This document shows positions 51,237-62,881 of a stretch of DNA of 64,000 bases, one piece after another. Positions within the stretch are counted from its first letter, which is position 1. The number at the start of each line of letters is the position of its first letter. Under the pieces are notes generated by a model. The model did not search any database. It worked only from the letters and a program-made list of their open reading frames with translations, and was not told the DNA's origin. Origin of the DNA: Bacteroidales bacterium (lineage in GTDB: Bacteria > Bacteroidota > Bacteroidia > Bacteroidales > WRGA01); contig JAVBLR010000001.1 of the NCBI GenBank assembly GCA_031553395.1, forward strand, positions 294,846 through 358,845. The letters run 5' to 3'. A program made the translations under genes and the position numbers.

Positions 51237-54200
51237 TTATACACCTGTCATCTCCTCCAATATTCCGCAAGCTGTTTCTACAGTCGTAACCTGTTGTATA
51301 ACAATCGAACGCTTATTATTTACGTCCCTTAACTGGCATATTCGCGGATGCTTTTGGATGAATGTCAGTAATTTGTCAAAAGCAGCTGATTGATAATATG
51401 GTGAATCCGGATTTGAGATTAAAAAGATAACCATTCGTCCCGATTTAAGTGCAATTTTTTCGATTCCCAGTTTTTTTGCCATCCGCCGTAAACGAACAAT
51501 TCGAATCAATTCCCGGCCTTCATTTGGAATTTTTCCGAAACGGTCTTCCAATCGAGTTACAAAATTTTGAATATCGATTTCCTTTTCCATATTATCCAAT
51601 TCGCGATAAAGAGAAATCCGTTCGGAATCATTTGGAATATAAGTGCTTGGGAGCATCAATTCTAAATCCGATTCAACCTGACATTCAGAAACATATTGCT
51701 CTCCACTTTCTTTCTCGCCTTCGTTTAAGTCAGTATCTTTATACAAATCGGTAAATTCATCATTTTTAAGTTCCTGAACTGCTTCTGCCAAAATTTTTTG
51801 ATATGTTTCATACCCTAAATCAGCAATAAAACCGCTTTGTTCAGCACCTAATAAATTACCTGCACCACGAATATCCAAATCCTGCATGGCAATATGAATT
51901 CCACTTCCCAGTTCTGAGAAATTTTCAATAGCCTGTAATCTTCGGCGCGATTCGCTTGGTAAACCACTTAATGGAGGAGCAAGCAAATAGCAAAAAGCTT
52001 TCTTATTACTTCGTCCCACACGCCCACGCAACTGATGTAAATCACTCAATCCAAATTGATGTGCATTATTAATAATAATTGTATTCACATTCGAAATATC
52101 AATCCCCGATTCAACAATTGTAGTGGCAATCAATACATCATATTCAAAATCAATGAAATCGACAATTGTTTCTTCTAACTTTTTCGGGTCCATTTGTCCG
52201 TGTCCAACAACTGTACGAGCATCCGAAACTAACCGTTTGATTAACGCCTCTATTTCATTGATATTTTGAACACGGTTATTAATAAAGTAAACTTGTCCGT
52301 TTCGGCTCATTTCAAAGTTAATTGCCTCCCGGATTAAATCCTCATTGAAAGTATGTACTTCTGTTTGAATCGGATAACGGTTTGGCGGAGGCGTAGAAAT
52401 AACCGATAAATCCCGTGCTCCCAATAACGAAAACTGCAATGTACGCGGAATCGGCGTTGCAGTCATTGTTAATGTATCAACATTTACCTTCAATTGCTTC
52501 AGTTTTTCCTTTACCGAAACACCAAATTTTTGCTCTTCATCAATGATTAATAATCCTAAATCTTTAAAGGAAACATCTTTTCCTATCAATTTGTGCGTTC
52601 CGATTAATATATCGATTTCACCATTCTTTAATTTGGTTAGAATTTCTTTCACTTCTGAAGCTTTACGTGCGCGACTTAAATATTCGACTGTGCATGGAAA
52701 ATCTTTTAACCGTTCGGAAAAAGTTTTATAATGCTGTAACGCCAATACAGTTGTGGGTACAAGCACTGCAACCTGCTTACTGTCAGTAACCGCCTTAAAA
52801 GCACCTCGAACGGCAATTTCCGTTTTTCCAAAACCAACATCACCACAAACCAATCTGTCCATAGGAATATCTTTTTCCATATCCTGTTTAACATCGGCTG
52901 TCGTTTTAAGCTGGTCGGGAGTATCTTCGTAAATAAAAGAAGCTTCCAACTCCTGTTGCAAATACGTATCGGGAGTAAATTCAAAACCTTTTTCTTCACG
53001 GCGTTTAGAATACAAAGCAATCAAATCCCGGGCAATATCCTTTACTTTTCGTTTGGTATTTTCTTTCAGTTTTTCCCAAGCACCCGAACCCAATTTATTG
53101 ATACGTGGAGGTTCACCTTCTTTTCCGCGGTATTTCGAAAGTTTGTGTAACGCATGGATACTTACAAAAATAATATCGTCATTCAAGTAGCGCAACTTAA
53201 TAACTTCCTGCATTTTACCGTTTATCTCTGTTCTGACCAAGCCGGCAAAACGCCCGACTCCATGGTCGATATGAACAACATAATCACCTGTATGAAATTG
53301 ATTTAGTTCTTTCAGTGTCAAACTGATTTTACCCGAACGAGCCTTATCCGACTTTAAGTTATATTTATGGAAACGGTCGAAAATCTGATGGTCGGTAAAA
53401 CAACAAATTTTCAAGTCTTTATCAGCAAATCCTTCATGCAACGTATTTTGAACACCGGTAAACGGAAGCGCCTCTCCCCTATCCTCAAAAATAGCCTTGA
53501 TACGTTGCGTTTGTTTTTCACTGTCACTGAGAATATAGATTTGATAATTATCATCTAAGTATTTGTGAAAACTTTCACTTACTAATTCAAAATTTTTATG
53601 AAATATCGGTTGAATAGATGAATTGAATGAAATTTTTGCTTGTGCAGTTTTTGTTGATTTTGTCCCGAATTCAATCTGTTTGAAATTGATAAATTCAGTT
53701 GTAAACTGTTTTCCTGTAATCAATTTTCTTAACAATTTTTTATCAGGAACGCCTGTTTCAGGATGCTGGTGATTTTCAACTTCATTGAAAACATAATCAA
53801 TTCTATCCAATACACCAATCAAATCTTTACAAGCTATAATAGCATTCTCAGGCAAAAAATGAAGCAATGAAACACCACTACTTTCATCATGCTGCATAGT
53901 CGGAACAATAAGTATTTTATCTGTTTTATTTTTAGACAATTGAGATTCTACATCAAACGTACGAATGCTATCAATATCGTCTCCAAAAAAATCAATTCGA
54001 TACGGAAATTCATGCGAAAAAGAAAATACATCAAAGATGCTTCCTCTTATCGCGTATTGTCCGGGTTCATATACATAATCAACTTCTTCAAAACCATACT
54101 CTCGTAACATATCAGCTACAAAAATATTGTCTATTTTGTCTCCTACTTTGATTTGGAGTGTCTTCTTCTTCAATGTTTCCAATGAAACAACTTTTTCTGT

Positions 54201-54680
54201 CAATGCATCCGGAAATGTAACAATATTAATTGGTTTATCAGGTTGCTGTAAACGGCTTAATACCTCGGTTCGCAGGATTTCATTAGCTGGGTCGAGCTGA
54301 TTATACTTGATTGCCCTTTTATATGAAGAAGGAAAAAACAATGTATTCTCATTTCCGTCTAATTGAACCAAATCATTGTAGAAATATCCGGCTTCTTCTA
54401 CATCATTCAGGATAAATAATTGCGAGTATTTAAGTTGATTATAGATAGAAGAGAATATGAGGCTTGCCTCAGAACCTTGCAAGCCTTGTAGGAAGATATT
54501 TTTGATTGATTTATCATTCAATGTTGCCTTTAGTGCGGCAACATTCGGATGCTTGTCAAAAAGAGATTGTAATTCAGTAATAGACACTTCGTTTGATTTA
54601 AATTTTAAATTTGTTGCATGCAAAGTTATCAAAAGTGCCGTTTTGAACGAAAGAAATTCATGATTATTTGTATTTTTCAA
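51237..54680 (-). CDS. mfd: Transcription-repair coupling factor
   Basis: 1147 aa; UvrB-homology N-terminus; superfamily-2 helicase motifs GDVGFGKTEIA and LIIDEEQKFGV; TRG/C-terminal domain. Confidence 0.9.
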   Translation of the reverse strand: MKNTNNHEFLSFKTALLITLHATNLKFKSNEVSITELQSLFDKHPNVAALKATLNDKSIKNIFLQGLQGSEASLIFSSIYNQLKYSQLFILNDVEEAGYFYNDLVQLDGNENTLFFPSSYKRAIKYNQLDPANEILRTEVLSRLQQPDKPINIVTFPDALTEKVVSLETLKKKTLQIKVGDKIDNIFVADMLREYGFEEVDYVYEPGQYAIRGSIFDVFSFSHEFPYRIDFFGDDIDSIRTFDVESQLSKNKTDKILIVPTMQHDESSGVSLLHFLPENAIIACKDLIGVLDRIDYVFNEVENHQHPETGVPDKKLLRKLITGKQFTTEFINFKQIEFGTKSTKTAQAKISFNSSIQPIFHKNFELVSESFHKYLDDNYQIYILSDSEKQTQRIKAIFEDRGEALPFTGVQNTLHEGFADKDLKICCFTDHQIFDRFHKYNLKSDKARSGKISLTLKELNQFHTGDYVVHIDHGVGRFAGLVRTEINGKMQEVIKLRYLNDDIIFVSIHALHKLSKYRGKEGEPPRINKLGSGAWEKLKENTKRKVKDIARDLIALYSKRREEKGFEFTPDTYLQQELEASFIYEDTPDQLKTTADVKQDMEKDIPMDRLVCGDVGFGKTEIAVRGAFKAVTDSKQVAVLVPTTVLALQHYKTFSERLKDFPCTVEYLSRARKASEVKEILTKLKNGEIDILIGTHKLIGKDVSFKDLGLLIIDEEQKFGVSVKEKLKQLKVNVDTLTMTATPIPRTLQFSLLGARDLSVISTPPPNRYPIQTEVHTFNEDLIREAINFEMSRNGQVYFINNRVQNINEIEALIKRLVSDARTVVGHGQMDPKKLEETIVDFIDFEYDVLIATTIVESGIDISNVNTIIINNAHQFGLSDLHQLRGRVGRSNKKAFCYLLAPPLSGLPSESRRRLQAIENFSELGSGIHIAMQDLDIRGAGNLLGAEQSGFIADLGYETYQKILAEAVQELKNDEFTDLYKDTDLNEGEKESGEQYVSECQVESDLELMLPSTYIPNDSERISLYRELDNMEKEIDIQNFVTRLEDRFGKIPNEGRELIRIVRLRRMAKKLGIEKIALKSGRMVIFLISNPDSPYYQSAAFDKLLTFIQKHPRICQLRDVNNKRSIVIQQVTTVETACGILEEMTGV

Positions 54681-54733
54681 TTCGTAATAAATCTTATCTT
54701 TGCCAAAATCATTCGTTGAATTAAGTTTTATTT

Positions 54734-55498
54734 ATGAACAAAAGATTTTATATCCCAATACTACTCATTTTCTACTTAGGAACTGTATTTACAGCCTGCA
54801 AAAATGATGATGACGATTTTTCTCAAGAAGAATCAATCGGAAATGTAACAGATTGTGTTGCTGATGGGTTGTATGGAAATGTAAAAACAATAGATGAAAC
54901 ATATTACTACAATACTCAATGGTTAAATGATAATTCTATAAAAAAAGGTTTTATAGAATGCAAGAATACAACAACATATACAACATCAGGGTATTGCAAG
55001 GAAATAATAACGTATTCAAATTCAATATCAGGATTTATTCAACCATCTCAAAAAACAACTATTACTATATTCGATAAAAAGAACAGGCCTCTTGAGCAAG
55101 TGTCGGAATATTATTCTACCGAAGGAACTGCTAAGCCTATGTATATTAGAACTACATACACATATAACGATAAGGAAAAAGAAGCCATTGCCACAGAAGA
55201 ACATAGCAATGATGGTAAAAAATACACGAAAACATTAATCAAAATTATCTATAAATTGAAAGATGACGGCCGGATTGATTATGAAAATTATACAGTTTAT
55301 GGAGATTCATCCTTGAAATCGGTTATAGATACCATTCCGGAAGATGAGCCAGTTTATACATATGAAACTGTGCAAGAAAAAGACAGTCATGGGAATTGGA
55401 TTAAACAGTATAATAAAGCGACAAGTAATAAATCTGATGATAATGAAGTTACTGTGCTTATATCCAATTACATTGAACGTATAATCTCGTATTATTAA
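54734..55498 (+). CDS. Lipoprotein, tandem paralog 1 of 3
   Basis: 254 aa; lipobox TACKNDDDD; C-terminus QEKDSHGNWIKQYNK...NYIERIISYY. Confidence 0.6.
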   Translation: MNKRFYIPILLIFYLGTVFTACKNDDDDFSQEESIGNVTDCVADGLYGNVKTIDETYYYNTQWLNDNSIKKGFIECKNTTTYTTSGYCKEIITYSNSISGFIQPSQKTTITIFDKKNRPLEQVSEYYSTEGTAKPMYIRTTYTYNDKEKEAIATEEHSNDGKKYTKTLIKIIYKLKDDGRIDYENYTVYGDSSLKSVIDTIPEDEPVYTYETVQEKDSHGNWIKQYNKATSNKSDDNEVTVLISNYIERIISYY

Positions 55499-55522
55499 TT
55501 ATTTAATTTAAAACAAATTTTT

Positions 55523-56284
55523 ATGAACAAAAAATTTTATCTTGGTTTATTGCTGCTTGGTTGCATCTTATTTACTATGAATTCGTGTAGTGATGATGAC
55601 GATCTTACACAAAGTGAAATGTTGAAAGAGTTAACTGAAAATGCAACAGACCGTATTGCTGACGGATTATATGGAAATGTAAAAACGGTGGATGTAATGT
55701 ATTACGACAATGCAACTTGGAGTAAAAGTACAATTGATAAAGGTTCTTTAGCAAGGAAGCAAACAATAACATATAGTAACGCAGGTTATTATCAGGAAAT
55801 AATTAGTTATTCCCCGACTTCAAATTATTCTTCGAAAATGAACATTCCTAAATTTGATGCAAAGAATAGGCCTCTCGAAAAAGTTTATGAATCTTACACA
55901 TATTCTGATGCTGGAATTGCTACAATTTCATCATCTTATAAGTATACATACGTATATGATGATAATGCAAAAGAAGCAACAGCTACACTTATATATAGTA
56001 ATGATGGTATAAATTATTTCGAGAGTTCATATAAAACTGTTTATAAGTTGAAAGATAATGGACGAATTGATTATGATAATTATACTGACTATTACAAAAT
56101 TGACGAATCACTAAGAGCAACTACCGATGTCGCTCCTGAATATGAACTGATTTACAAAGGTGATTTTATTCAAGAAAAAGACAATCAAGGGAATTGGACT
56201 AAACAGTACAATAAGTATACAGATTATTATAATGAAACAACCTCTATTTCTAATTATGCAGAACGTACAATCACTTACTATTAA
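55523..56284 (+). CDS. Lipoprotein, tandem paralog 2 of 3
   Basis: 253 aa; lipobox MNSCSDDDD; C-terminus QEKDNQGNWTKQYNKYTDYY...ERTITYY. Confidence 0.6.
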   Translation: MNKKFYLGLLLLGCILFTMNSCSDDDDLTQSEMLKELTENATDRIADGLYGNVKTVDVMYYDNATWSKSTIDKGSLARKQTITYSNAGYYQEIISYSPTSNYSSKMNIPKFDAKNRPLEKVYESYTYSDAGIATISSSYKYTYVYDDNAKEATATLIYSNDGINYFESSYKTVYKLKDNGRIDYDNYTDYYKIDESLRATTDVAPEYELIYKGDFIQEKDNQGNWTKQYNKYTDYYNETTSISNYAERTITYY

Positions 56285-56304
56285 TTTATCCATCAAATAA
56301 ATTC

Positions 56305-56341
56305 AAAAAAGCAGGAAAACACAAAATCCTGCTTTTTTCTT
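56305..56341 (+). terminator. Intrinsic terminator (GCAGGA-loop-TCCTGC + T6)
   Basis: AAAAAAGCAGGAAAACACAAAATCCTGCTTTTTTC. Confidence 0.7.
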
Positions 56342-56419
56342 TTTCGTTTCATTCTTATTATTATTCAGAGATCGACATATTAAGCCCATATATGGAAATT
56401 AAATTAAGTAATATAATAA

Positions 56420-56526
56420 AAGTATAAATGATGCGTTTGGTAATAATGAAGTGAGGGTACTTATTTCAATTATATTGAACGTTCAATTTTCTATTATTAA
56501 TTATTTAACTTAAACTAAATTTACTT
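56420..56526 (+). pseudogene. Decayed remnant of a paralog 3' end + spacer (duplication scar)
   Basis: GATAATGAAGTGAGGGTACTTATTTCAATTATATTGAACGTTCAATTTTCTATTATTAATTATTTAA is a degenerate copy of 55440-55520 (the 3' end of paralog 1 plus its spacer); no intact reading frame. Confidence 0.5.
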
Positions 56527-57291
56527 ATGAACAAGAAAATTCATTTCGGTTTATTAACTTTTGTTTGTATTTTATTCACTATGAATGCATGTAGTAATGA
56601 TGATGATCTTACACAAAGTGAAATGTTGAAAGAAATAACCGAAAATGCAACAGACCGCATTGCTGATGGATTGTATGGTAATGTAAAAACAGTGGATGTA
56701 ATGTGCTATGATAGTGCAACTTGGAATAAATATGCAATTGAAAAAGGCTCTTTAACAAACAAACATACGACAACATATAATGACGCCGGTTATTATCAAG
56801 AAATGACTTATTATTGGTCTAAGGGTTATACAAAAAGGATTTTTACTGAATATGATACAAAGAACAGGCTTCTTGAAAGAATTACAGAATATTATATGTA
56901 TTCTAAAGATGGGGTCGCTAGGATTTCAAACTACGACAGACATACATATACATATGATGATAATGCCAAAGAAGCTACTGCTACAACTGCACGCAGTGTG
57001 GATGGCATAAATTATACAGAGGATCCATCTGTGGTTGTTTATAAATTAAAAGACAATGGACGAATTGATTATGATAACTACGACGTATATAGAGAAATAA
57101 CAGATTCATCGTTAAGATCAATAACAGATGTAGATACTACACAAGAACTAACTAATAGCAATCAATTTATTCAAGAAAAAGACAATCAAGGGAATTGGAC
57201 TAAACAGTATTATAAATATACAAATTATTATCAAGTAAGTGAAAAAATCTCTATTTCTGACTATACCGAACGCACAATCACTTACTATTAA
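56527..57291 (+). CDS. Lipoprotein, tandem paralog 3 of 3
   Basis: 254 aa; lipobox MNACSNDDD; first ~45 codons nearly identical to paralog 2. Confidence 0.6.
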   Translation: MNKKIHFGLLTFVCILFTMNACSNDDDLTQSEMLKEITENATDRIADGLYGNVKTVDVMCYDSATWNKYAIEKGSLTNKHTTTYNDAGYYQEMTYYWSKGYTKRIFTEYDTKNRLLERITEYYMYSKDGVARISNYDRHTYTYDDNAKEATATTARSVDGINYTEDPSVVVYKLKDNGRIDYDNYDVYREITDSSLRSITDVDTTQELTNSNQFIQEKDNQGNWTKQYYKYTNYYQVSEKISISDYTERTITYY

Positions 57292-57315
57292 TTTACTCAT
57301 CAAATAAATTCAAGA

Positions 57316-57347
57316 AAGCAGGAAAAAAACAAATTCCTGCTTTTTTC
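57316..57347 (+). terminator. Intrinsic terminator (paralogous copy of the 56305 terminator)
   Basis: AAGCAGGAAAAAAACAAATTCCTGCTTTTTTC. Confidence 0.7.
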
Positions 57348-57451
57348 TTTTTCATTCCATTCCATTTTATCCCCCAAAATCACTAATTTCGCACTCTTTT
57401 TGGATAAACCCATCTCTTAACTTAAAACTCAAAACTTACAACTTAAAAAAA

Positions 57452-58774
57452 TTGTACTCCAACAAACACATATATAAAGTCGCATTTCCTATTTTTTTGA
57501 GCCTTTTTGCTCAGAATATTATTAATGTAACCAATACCGCCTTCCTTGGACGTGTAGGAGAAGTAGAATTGGGCGCATCGGCTATTGGTGGAATATTTTA
57601 TCTGGCAATTTTTATGTTGGGATTTGGGTTTAGTACCGGTTCGCAAATACTGATTGCACGCCGGAATGGTGAACAGAAATACAGCGAAATCGGGCAAATA
57701 ATGTTGCAAGGGGTTTTATTTTTGATGGCTACGGCTGTTTTGCTTTTTGTTCTTACACGTATTTTATCTCCATCATTATTACGCTTGATGGTTAGTTCGA
57801 CAGATGTGTATAATGCGGCATTACACTTTTTGGATTACCGTATTTATGGGTTCTTTTTTTCATTCATCAATGTAATGTTCCGTGCTTTTTATGTTGGAAT
57901 AACCCGAACCAAAGTACTTACAATCAATGCTTTTTTGATGATGGCAATCAATGTATTGCTTGATTATTTATTGATTTTTGGGAATTTTGGTTGCCCCAAA
58001 TTAGGCATTTCCGGAGCTGCAATTGCATCTGTAACAGCTGAAGCTGTATCTGTATTATTTTTCGTTATTTATACACTTGGGTTTGTAAATATTCGTAAAT
58101 ATGGGTTTTTGCAAAAATTCAGATTAAAAATATCTGTTATACAAAGGATATTAAATATATCGGTATATACGATGGCTCAGTCGTTTGTCTCCATTTCTAC
58201 CTGGTTTTTGTTTTTTGTAGCAGTGGAGCATTTAGGCGAACAAGCATTAGCTATTTCCAATATAATTCGCAGTTTTTATATGTTTTTATTTATGCCTGTC
58301 AGTGCATTGGCGATTACGGCCAATACATTGGTTAGCAATGCTATTGGTGCAGGAGAAAAAGAGCAAGTTTTATCCATGATTAAGCGCGTTGTAAAAATAG
58401 CCTTGTATATAGTCATTCCGTTTATTGTTTTGATTTTTATGATGCCTCGCATTATGTTGTCTATTTATACGGATAATACAGCACTGGTTGAAGCTTCAGT
58501 ATCTTCTTTGCTTGTTATATCAGGAAGTTTTATTGTTTGTACCACAGGAAATATTTTATTCAGTTCGGTTTCGGGAACAGGAAATACACGGGCTGCATTG
58601 ATAATCGAAATTATATCATTAAGTTTCTATATTTTGTTTATGTATTTGATTATTTATCATTTACGAATGCCATTATATATTTGCTGGACAATAGAATTAG
58701 TTTACTGGGGAATAATTATGATAGCCTGTTACTTCTATTTGAAAAAAGGTACGTGGAAACGGAAAGTAATTTAA
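57452..58774 (+). CDS. MATE-family efflux transporter
   Basis: 440 aa; 12 predicted TM segments; N-terminal KVAFPIFLSLFAQNIINVTNTAFLGRVG typical of MatE. Confidence 0.8.
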   Translation: MYSNKHIYKVAFPIFLSLFAQNIINVTNTAFLGRVGEVELGASAIGGIFYLAIFMLGFGFSTGSQILIARRNGEQKYSEIGQIMLQGVLFLMATAVLLFVLTRILSPSLLRLMVSSTDVYNAALHFLDYRIYGFFFSFINVMFRAFYVGITRTKVLTINAFLMMAINVLLDYLLIFGNFGCPKLGISGAAIASVTAEAVSVLFFVIYTLGFVNIRKYGFLQKFRLKISVIQRILNISVYTMAQSFVSISTWFLFFVAVEHLGEQALAISNIIRSFYMFLFMPVSALAITANTLVSNAIGAGEKEQVLSMIKRVVKIALYIVIPFIVLIFMMPRIMLSIYTDNTALVEASVSSLLVISGSFIVCTTGNILFSSVSGTGNTRAALIIEIISLSFYILFMYLIIYHLRMPLYICWTIELVYWGIIMIACYFYLKKGTWKRKVI

Positions 58775-59043
58775 GAAGGTTTTATTGGAATAATTTATAA
58801 TTTTTTTTGGAGAAAATATTCCATTAATTAAGTCTTATTATAGCAAAATGAATAAGAACCCAGATAATATATATATCGCATTGAATGTTAGTATAAAGAC
58901 TTTATTTGAGTAGTGATTTCAAACAAACTTTTTACTCAAAAATTTTCAGGATAAAAAGGAAAACAGTATCTTAGCAGGAATTTTCGAAAATTGAAATCAC
59001 AATCGATTTTATCTAAAAATAGTATAAACAGTAAATCAAATTT

Positions 59044-61560
59044 ATGATTGAACAAGAGGATAGGATTATAAGGATTAACATTGAGGAAGAGATGAAATCT
59101 TCGTATATCGATTATTCGATGTCGGTGATTGTGTCTCGCGCATTACCCGATGTGAGGGATGGATTTAAGCCTGTTCATCGCCGTGTATTATTCGGAATGA
59201 ATGAATTGGGAAATACATCTGATAAACCGTATAAAAAATCAGCGAGAATCGTTGGGGAAGTATTAGGTAAGTATCACCCACACGGAGATAGTTCGGTGTA
59301 TTATGCCATGGTGCGTATGGCTCAGGAATGGTCGTTGCGTTACACGTTGGTCGACGGGCAAGGAAACTATGGTTCGGTCGATGGAGATTCACCTGCGGCA
59401 ATGCGTTATACCGAAGCACGTTTGGCTAAAATAGCCGAAGAAATGTTGCGCGATATTGACAAAGATACGGTTGATTTTCAACTTAACTTCGACGACACCT
59501 TAAAAGAACCTACTGTTTTACCTACCCGTATTCCGAATTTATTAATAAACGGAGCATCCGGTATCGCTGTTGGAATGGCAACCAACATGCCTCCGCATAA
59601 TCTTTCGGAAGTAATCGATGCCACTATTGCATATATTGACGATAAAGACATTGATGTACATGGATTGATGCAATATGTAAAAGCTCCTGATTTTCCTACC
59701 GGAGGATATATTTACGGTTATGCAGGTGTAAAGGAAGCTTTCGAAACAGGCCGCGGGCGTATTATTATGCGTGCAAAAGCTGAAATTGAAACCGAAGGAA
59801 ATAGGGAAAAAATTATTATTACCGAAATTCCATACCTTGTTAATAAGGCAGAATTAATCAAATATATTGCCGACCTTGTCGAAGATAAAAGAATCGAAGG
59901 AATCTCGAATGTAAACGATGAATCCGACCGTCAGGGAATGCGTATTGTTGTTGATATCAAACGTGATGCCAACTCCAATGTTGTATTGAACAAGCTGTAT
60001 AAAATGACAGCGTTGCAATCATCGTTTAGTGTCAATAATATTGCATTAGTAAAAGGTCGCCCTAAAACATTGAATCTACGAGATTTAGTTCGTTATTTTG
60101 TTGAGCACAGGCATGATGTTGTTATTCGCCGTACAAAATTCGAACTAAATGAAGCTCAAAAGCGGGCTCATATTTTGGAAGGATTGATAATAGCTTCTGA
60201 TAATATTGATGAAGTAATTGCAATTATACGTTCTTCGCAAAGTCCGGATATTGCGCGTGAAAGGTTGATGGAAAGATTCGAACTTTCAGATATTCAAGCT
60301 CGTGCAATTGTTGATATGCGTTTGCGTCAATTAACAGGTCTTGAGCAAGATAAACTTCGTGCAGAATATGAGCAAATAATGAAATTGATTGATTATTTGA
60401 ATCAAATCCTTACTGATGAGGCTTTGTGTATGCAAGTTATCAAAGACGAATTAATTGAAATAAAAGATAAATTTGGAGATGAACGCCGTTCGGAAATCAT
60501 TTATTCTTCCGAAGAATTCAATCCTGAAGATTTCTATGCAGATGATGAAATGATTATTACCATTTCTCATTTGGGCTATATAAAACGTACTCCATTAACT
60601 GAATTCCGTTCGCAAAATCGTGGAGGAGTAGGTTCTAAAGGAAGCGAAACACGTGATGAAGACTTCGTTGAGTATATTTATCCGGCTTCGATGCACAATA
60701 CGATGTTGTTCTTTACACAAAAAGGAAAATGTTACTGGTTGAAAGTATATCAAATTCCTGAAGGTGCTAAAAACAGTAAAGGCCGTGCAATTCAAAACAT
60801 GTTGAATATTGAATCGGAAGATAAGGTAAATGCATTTATCCGGGTAAAAACACTTCAGGATGAAGATTTTACTAAATCACATTACCTGTTATTCTGTACA
60901 AAGAAAGGTGTTATCAAAAAAACATCTCTTGAGGCATATTCCCGCCCACGTCAAAATGGAGTGAATGCAATTACAATTCGTGAGGATGACCAAGTTATAC
61001 AAGTACGTATGACTGACGGTAATAACCAAATTTTAATGGCAAACCGGAATGGACGTGCTATCCGTTTCCATGAAAGCGCTGTAAGAGAAATGGGACGTAC
61101 GGCTACCGGAGTTCGTGGTATGACACTTGAAGAAGATGGACAAGACGAAGTTGTAGGAATGATTTGCATGAAAGATTCTCAAAAGGAAACGATCATGGTT
61201 GTTTCAGAACAAGGTTATGGAAAACGTACCCGCCTGACAGATGATGATGGAGAAGAAGTTTATCGTATTACCAACCGTGGCGGAAAAGGAGTTAAAACAC
61301 TGAATATTACCGATAAAACAGGTAAGTTGGTTTCTATCAAAAGTGTAACGGATGAAAACGATTTGATGATTATCAACAAATCAGGAATTACTCTTCGCTT
61401 GAAAGTTGCAGATATCCGTGTGATGGGACGTGCTACGCAAGGAGTTCGTTTAATCAATTTGGAAAAACGAAATGATGAAATTGCATCTGTTTGTAAGGTT
61501 TTATCTGAAACAGTAGAGGAAATTTCTGATTCAGAAGAAATAACAGAAGTAACAGAATAA
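59044..61560 (+). CDS. gyrA: DNA gyrase subunit A
   Basis: 838 aa; [40 protein letters not shown] is near-identical to the GyrA N-terminus; active-site AAMRYTE; GyrA-box-like NRGGKG in the C-terminal domain. Confidence 0.9.
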   Translation: MIEQEDRIIRINIEEEMKSSYIDYSMSVIVSRALPDVRDGFKPVHRRVLFGMNELGNTSDKPYKKSARIVGEVLGKYHPHGDSSVYYAMVRMAQEWSLRYTLVDGQGNYGSVDGDSPAAMRYTEARLAKIAEEMLRDIDKDTVDFQLNFDDTLKEPTVLPTRIPNLLINGASGIAVGMATNMPPHNLSEVIDATIAYIDDKDIDVHGLMQYVKAPDFPTGGYIYGYAGVKEAFETGRGRIIMRAKAEIETEGNREKIIITEIPYLVNKAELIKYIADLVEDKRIEGISNVNDESDRQGMRIVVDIKRDANSNVVLNKLYKMTALQSSFSVNNIALVKGRPKTLNLRDLVRYFVEHRHDVVIRRTKFELNEAQKRAHILEGLIIASDNIDEVIAIIRSSQSPDIARERLMERFELSDIQARAIVDMRLRQLTGLEQDKLRAEYEQIMKLIDYLNQILTDEALCMQVIKDELIEIKDKFGDERRSEIIYSSEEFNPEDFYADDEMIITISHLGYIKRTPLTEFRSQNRGGVGSKGSETRDEDFVEYIYPASMHNTMLFFTQKGKCYWLKVYQIPEGAKNSKGRAIQNMLNIESEDKVNAFIRVKTLQDEDFTKSHYLLFCTKKGVIKKTSLEAYSRPRQNGVNAITIREDDQVIQVRMTDGNNQILMANRNGRAIRFHESAVREMGRTATGVRGMTLEEDGQDEVVGMICMKDSQKETIMVVSEQGYGKRTRLTDDDGEEVYRITNRGGKGVKTLNITDKTGKLVSIKSVTDENDLMIINKSGITLRLKVADIRVMGRATQGVRLINLEKRNDEIASVCKVLSETVEEISDSEEITEVTE

Positions 61561-61565
61561 AACGT

Positions 61566-61595
61566 AGGGGCTGACCTACGTGTCAGCCCTTTTTA
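61566..61595 (+). terminator. Intrinsic terminator downstream of gyrA
   Basis: GGGCTGAC-ctacgt-GTCAGCCC followed by TTTTT. Confidence 0.75.
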
Positions 61596-61650
61596 AATAA
61601 ACCATTTAAATAACCAATATTAGATTTATTAATTTAAAATTTAACGAGCG

Positions 61651-62859
61651 ATGAAAAGAATTATCTTATCAATCACTTTATGTTTAGCTGTAACATTAGC
61701 TTTTTCTCAAAAGAAAAATGTAAAAGCGGCTAAAGATGAGATAGATGCGAGCAAACCGAATTTTACTGAAGCAAAGGCCCAAATAAAAGCTGCTATGACA
61801 GATCCTGAAACAAAAGACAACCCAGAAACATGGTATGTTGGAGGATGTGTTGATGACAAAATTTTTAGTACGGAAAACAACAAGATTCTTTTGAAGCAAA
61901 AACCAAATGAAAAAATGATGTATGAAGCTTTGGTGGAATCTTACGATTATTTTACAAAAGCAGTTGATTTGGAGAAAATTCCAAATGAAAAAGGAAAAAT
62001 AAGTGATAAATATACCAAGCAAATAAAATCGATATTAAAGGTTAATTACCCTTATTACATCAATGCCGGTGCTTATTTTTATAAAGAAAAAAATTACCCG
62101 GAAGCCTACAAAGCATTTAATACTTATTTGGAAATACCTAAAACAGAATTGTTTAGCGGAGAAAAAATGGGTGAAGATAGCACCTACCATCAAATTATGT
62201 TTTATGCAGCATTTTCTGCGCAAAGTAGTGGTGATACATTAAGATGTATTCAGTTATTGGAGGAATTAAAACCTACAGGTTATGATCAAGAAATAGTTTA
62301 TTCGGCTTTAGCTGATGAATATAAGAATGCAAAGGATACTGTTAATTTTTTCAATACATTAAAAGAAGGTTCGAAACTGTTTCCCAAAAATTTATTTTTT
62401 ATCCAAAATTTGATTAATATTTCTTTGAATACAAATAGAACAGATGAAGTATTTCAATATTTGGACGAAGCAATAGCACAAGACCCTCAGGAACCTCAAT
62501 ATTGGAGAATTAAAGGAGATTTGTACGAATCTAAAAAAGAGATTGATAAGGCGTTGAATGCCTATCAGGAAGCTTTAAAAATAAATCCGGATTATAGTTC
62601 AGCTATTGGTGCAATTGGTCGTTTGTACTATAACCAGGGGTTTGATATTCAGAGTAAAGCAAATGAATTAGATATACGGCAATCTAAAATAGAGGTAGAA
62701 AAAGCAAAAGAACTTTACAAAAAAGCATTGCCATATCTTGAAAAAGCGCATGAAATGGATAAAACCGACAAGCAATACATCATGGCTCTTTATGGTGCAT
62801 ACTACGCTTTAGGAGATCCAAGAATGGAACAAATGGAAAAACTACTTGAAGGAAAATAA
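61651..62859 (+). CDS. Secreted tetratricopeptide-repeat protein
   Basis: 402 aa; signal peptide; multiple 34-residue helical repeats (YYNQG, ALYGAYYALGD). Confidence 0.65.
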   Translation: MKRIILSITLCLAVTLAFSQKKNVKAAKDEIDASKPNFTEAKAQIKAAMTDPETKDNPETWYVGGCVDDKIFSTENNKILLKQKPNEKMMYEALVESYDYFTKAVDLEKIPNEKGKISDKYTKQIKSILKVNYPYYINAGAYFYKEKNYPEAYKAFNTYLEIPKTELFSGEKMGEDSTYHQIMFYAAFSAQSSGDTLRCIQLLEELKPTGYDQEIVYSALADEYKNAKDTVNFFNTLKEGSKLFPKNLFFIQNLINISLNTNRTDEVFQYLDEAIAQDPQEPQYWRIKGDLYESKKEIDKALNAYQEALKINPDYSSAIGAIGRLYYNQGFDIQSKANELDIRQSKIEVEKAKELYKKALPYLEKAHEMDKTDKQYIMALYGAYYALGDPRMEQMEKLLEGK

Positions 62860-62881
62860 TTTTTTTTAATTTTATTTTTTT

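Noticed and set aside
57443-57709. 88-aa minus-strand ORF overlapping the MATE transporter start
   Set aside because: It is entirely antisense to a well-supported 12-TM MATE gene.
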